A stretch of DNA of 64,000 nt. Origin: Octopus vulgaris. Taxonomy: Eukaryota. Of this stretch, positions 62,317-64,000 are shown piece by piece. Location of the stretch: assembly GCA_951406725.2 (NCBI GenBank), contig OX597818.1, positions 26,908,001 through 26,972,000 on the forward strand, in the 5' to 3' direction. The position numbers and the translations under genes were made by a program. The notes under the pieces are model-generated. The model searched no databases. It was not told the DNA's origin and was given only the letters and a program-made list of their open reading frames with translations. Every line of letters starts with the position of its first letter. Position 1 is the first letter of the stretch.

Positions 62317-63430
62317 ATGCCCAAGACATGATGACATTACTAAGTGAGAGCATAAAACAATATATAAATTTACAGGCCACATTGTTAACATACTTTGTGC
62401 AGGTGTAATGCATTGACTCCTTCTAGCTTATGATTGCACCTTCAAGATGTTTACGGAGAACTTCTATGCAGTCTACCAACAGTTTTTTCCCTCTGGCAAG
62501 TGGACTTCTGTTATTGACATGAGGCTATTTTATACAAAATCAACAGATAAAACTTATAAGATTAGTAATTAAGTATTTATACTTAAATGGTGACATGCAT
62601 AGAGAAATGAGTTTAAAAATAAATTTTTGTTGTTTCTATTCCAGTTGAAAATAACATGCACCAAAAGGCTAGCTTACAACATACCTGTCAACATTTGTAG
62701 TTCAATGATATTGAGAATGCAATAATTTAAAAAAAATAATTCTCAAACTTAAATTTATTAAACCTGTATAGAAAGTTTATATTAAAAATATTTTCAAGTT
62801 ACATACATATACAGAAATAAACCTGCATGACAAACAAAAATAAATTATACAATCACATGGGCCAATCAGTGTTATAAATGAAGAAGAAAAAATGAATAAA
62901 AAGGGGTGCAAAGATACCTTATGGAAGTTTATTATACTGAATTATTTATAAAAGGTGTTATACTTTTTACTCTTTACCAAATGATAAAATTTTTACTGTA
63001 GGAGAACAAATGAGATTGCTGTATTATCTATACATCAATCTGGAGCGTAACAGATGAGTACCTAAGTTGCTGCTAACTCTGCAAAAAGTACCAGCCATGT
63101 GATGGCAATAAATTCATAGATACTCATACTATATAAAATGTAATTATTTCTGATCAATGTTATTTTTCTTTGAAGTACTAGCCTGCTATCTAGGTGTTAC
63201 TAGCAACTGAAGAGTACCCTGTGATTGCAAATGAAATGTTAGACTCAATGATTACATCTGTTGACATGGAAGATGCACTTAAAACACCCTGCAAGAAAAG
63301 AATTATTAACTTGTGGACAACAAATGCACATACAAGGTATTAAATGCAAAAGCAAGAAGCAATGGTGGTGGTGTGAGCTAAGCATTCATGGTAACTCGTA
63401 AGGGGGTGGGGGTACTTTCATCTTGAGATT

Positions 63431-63536
63431 CAACTAGGTTTCCAAACTTTTCACTAACAAGGACCCCTTTTATTTAAATGAGTTTTCTCATGGATCCACT
63501 GTACTACTTTTGCAGTCTACAGGTTGGGAACCACTG
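63431..63536. mobile_element. Small hAT-type MITE relic
   Basis: Right end GTTGGGAACCACTG (reverse complement CAGTGGTTCCCAAC, hAT/Charlie-like); degenerate left end GGTTTCCAAAC. Confidence 0.45.
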
Positions 63537-64000
63537 AACTAGGCTAATGTTCTAGTGCTACCATACCCTAACTTGCTGTTCATCATTTAAAACAGTGTTG
63601 TGTACATCAGCCAAATGGATTGTGGAAACCAGTTGTACTTACTCAGCAGCACATCACTGATATGCTGTATGTGGAAGGTTAATTATGTCAATGGATATGT
63701 ATTTCATATAATTTTTATCAGTTGCATTGAGGTTAAGCAACAACCAAAAACAAGATACCTTGCTGGTTTCAATCATTGTACTGTGGCCATGCTGGGACAC
63801 TGCCTACAAGGGTTTGGTCAATCACCTCAAACTTATTTCATTCTTGCAACCTATTTTCTTGTCCTCCATTTGGCAAATTGCTACATGTGCACACATATTT
63901 ACAATGGACTTCAACTGAGTATGTGTCTAAATTATTCTCACAAAGTATTGGTGATTCTTAGGATATGGGAGAAGATACTTTCCTGAAATACAACACTGGT

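Overview
AT-rich, microsatellite- and transposon-dense animal genomic DNA. The SINE/RTE repeat families suggest an octopus-type cephalopod; this is an inference. The main gene is a complete + strand DEAD-box nucleolar RNA helicase of the DDX21/DDX50 family. It has 13 phase-consistent common exons at 43193-59490 carrying the Q motif, [28 protein letters not shown], a GUCT-region segment and an RGG tail, about 641 aa including a 16-aa first exon. The most striking observation is three homologous promoter + first-exon cassettes upstream of it, at about 25.2, 34.7 and 37.3 kb. Each has an ETS/CRE-like motif, an E-box starting exactly 42 nt later, an ATG-free leader, a 16-codon Lys-rich ORF and a phase-0 GT donor that fits the common exon 2. 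This suggests a variable-first-exon/constant-body architecture. Two ~1.1-1.35 kb piggyBac-derived elements lie in opposite orientation in its introns, so the pre-mRNA could form long dsRNA or a circRNA. The window also holds the 5' part of an unidentified - strand gene near 1.3-3.9 kb, many RTE LINE fragments (one with a PHD-like finger inside the RT), Penelope, CR1, mariner, Helitron and MITE relics, tRNA-derived SINEs, and a cluster of fold-back repeats at 16-21 kb. All calls are by eye; no searches were run.
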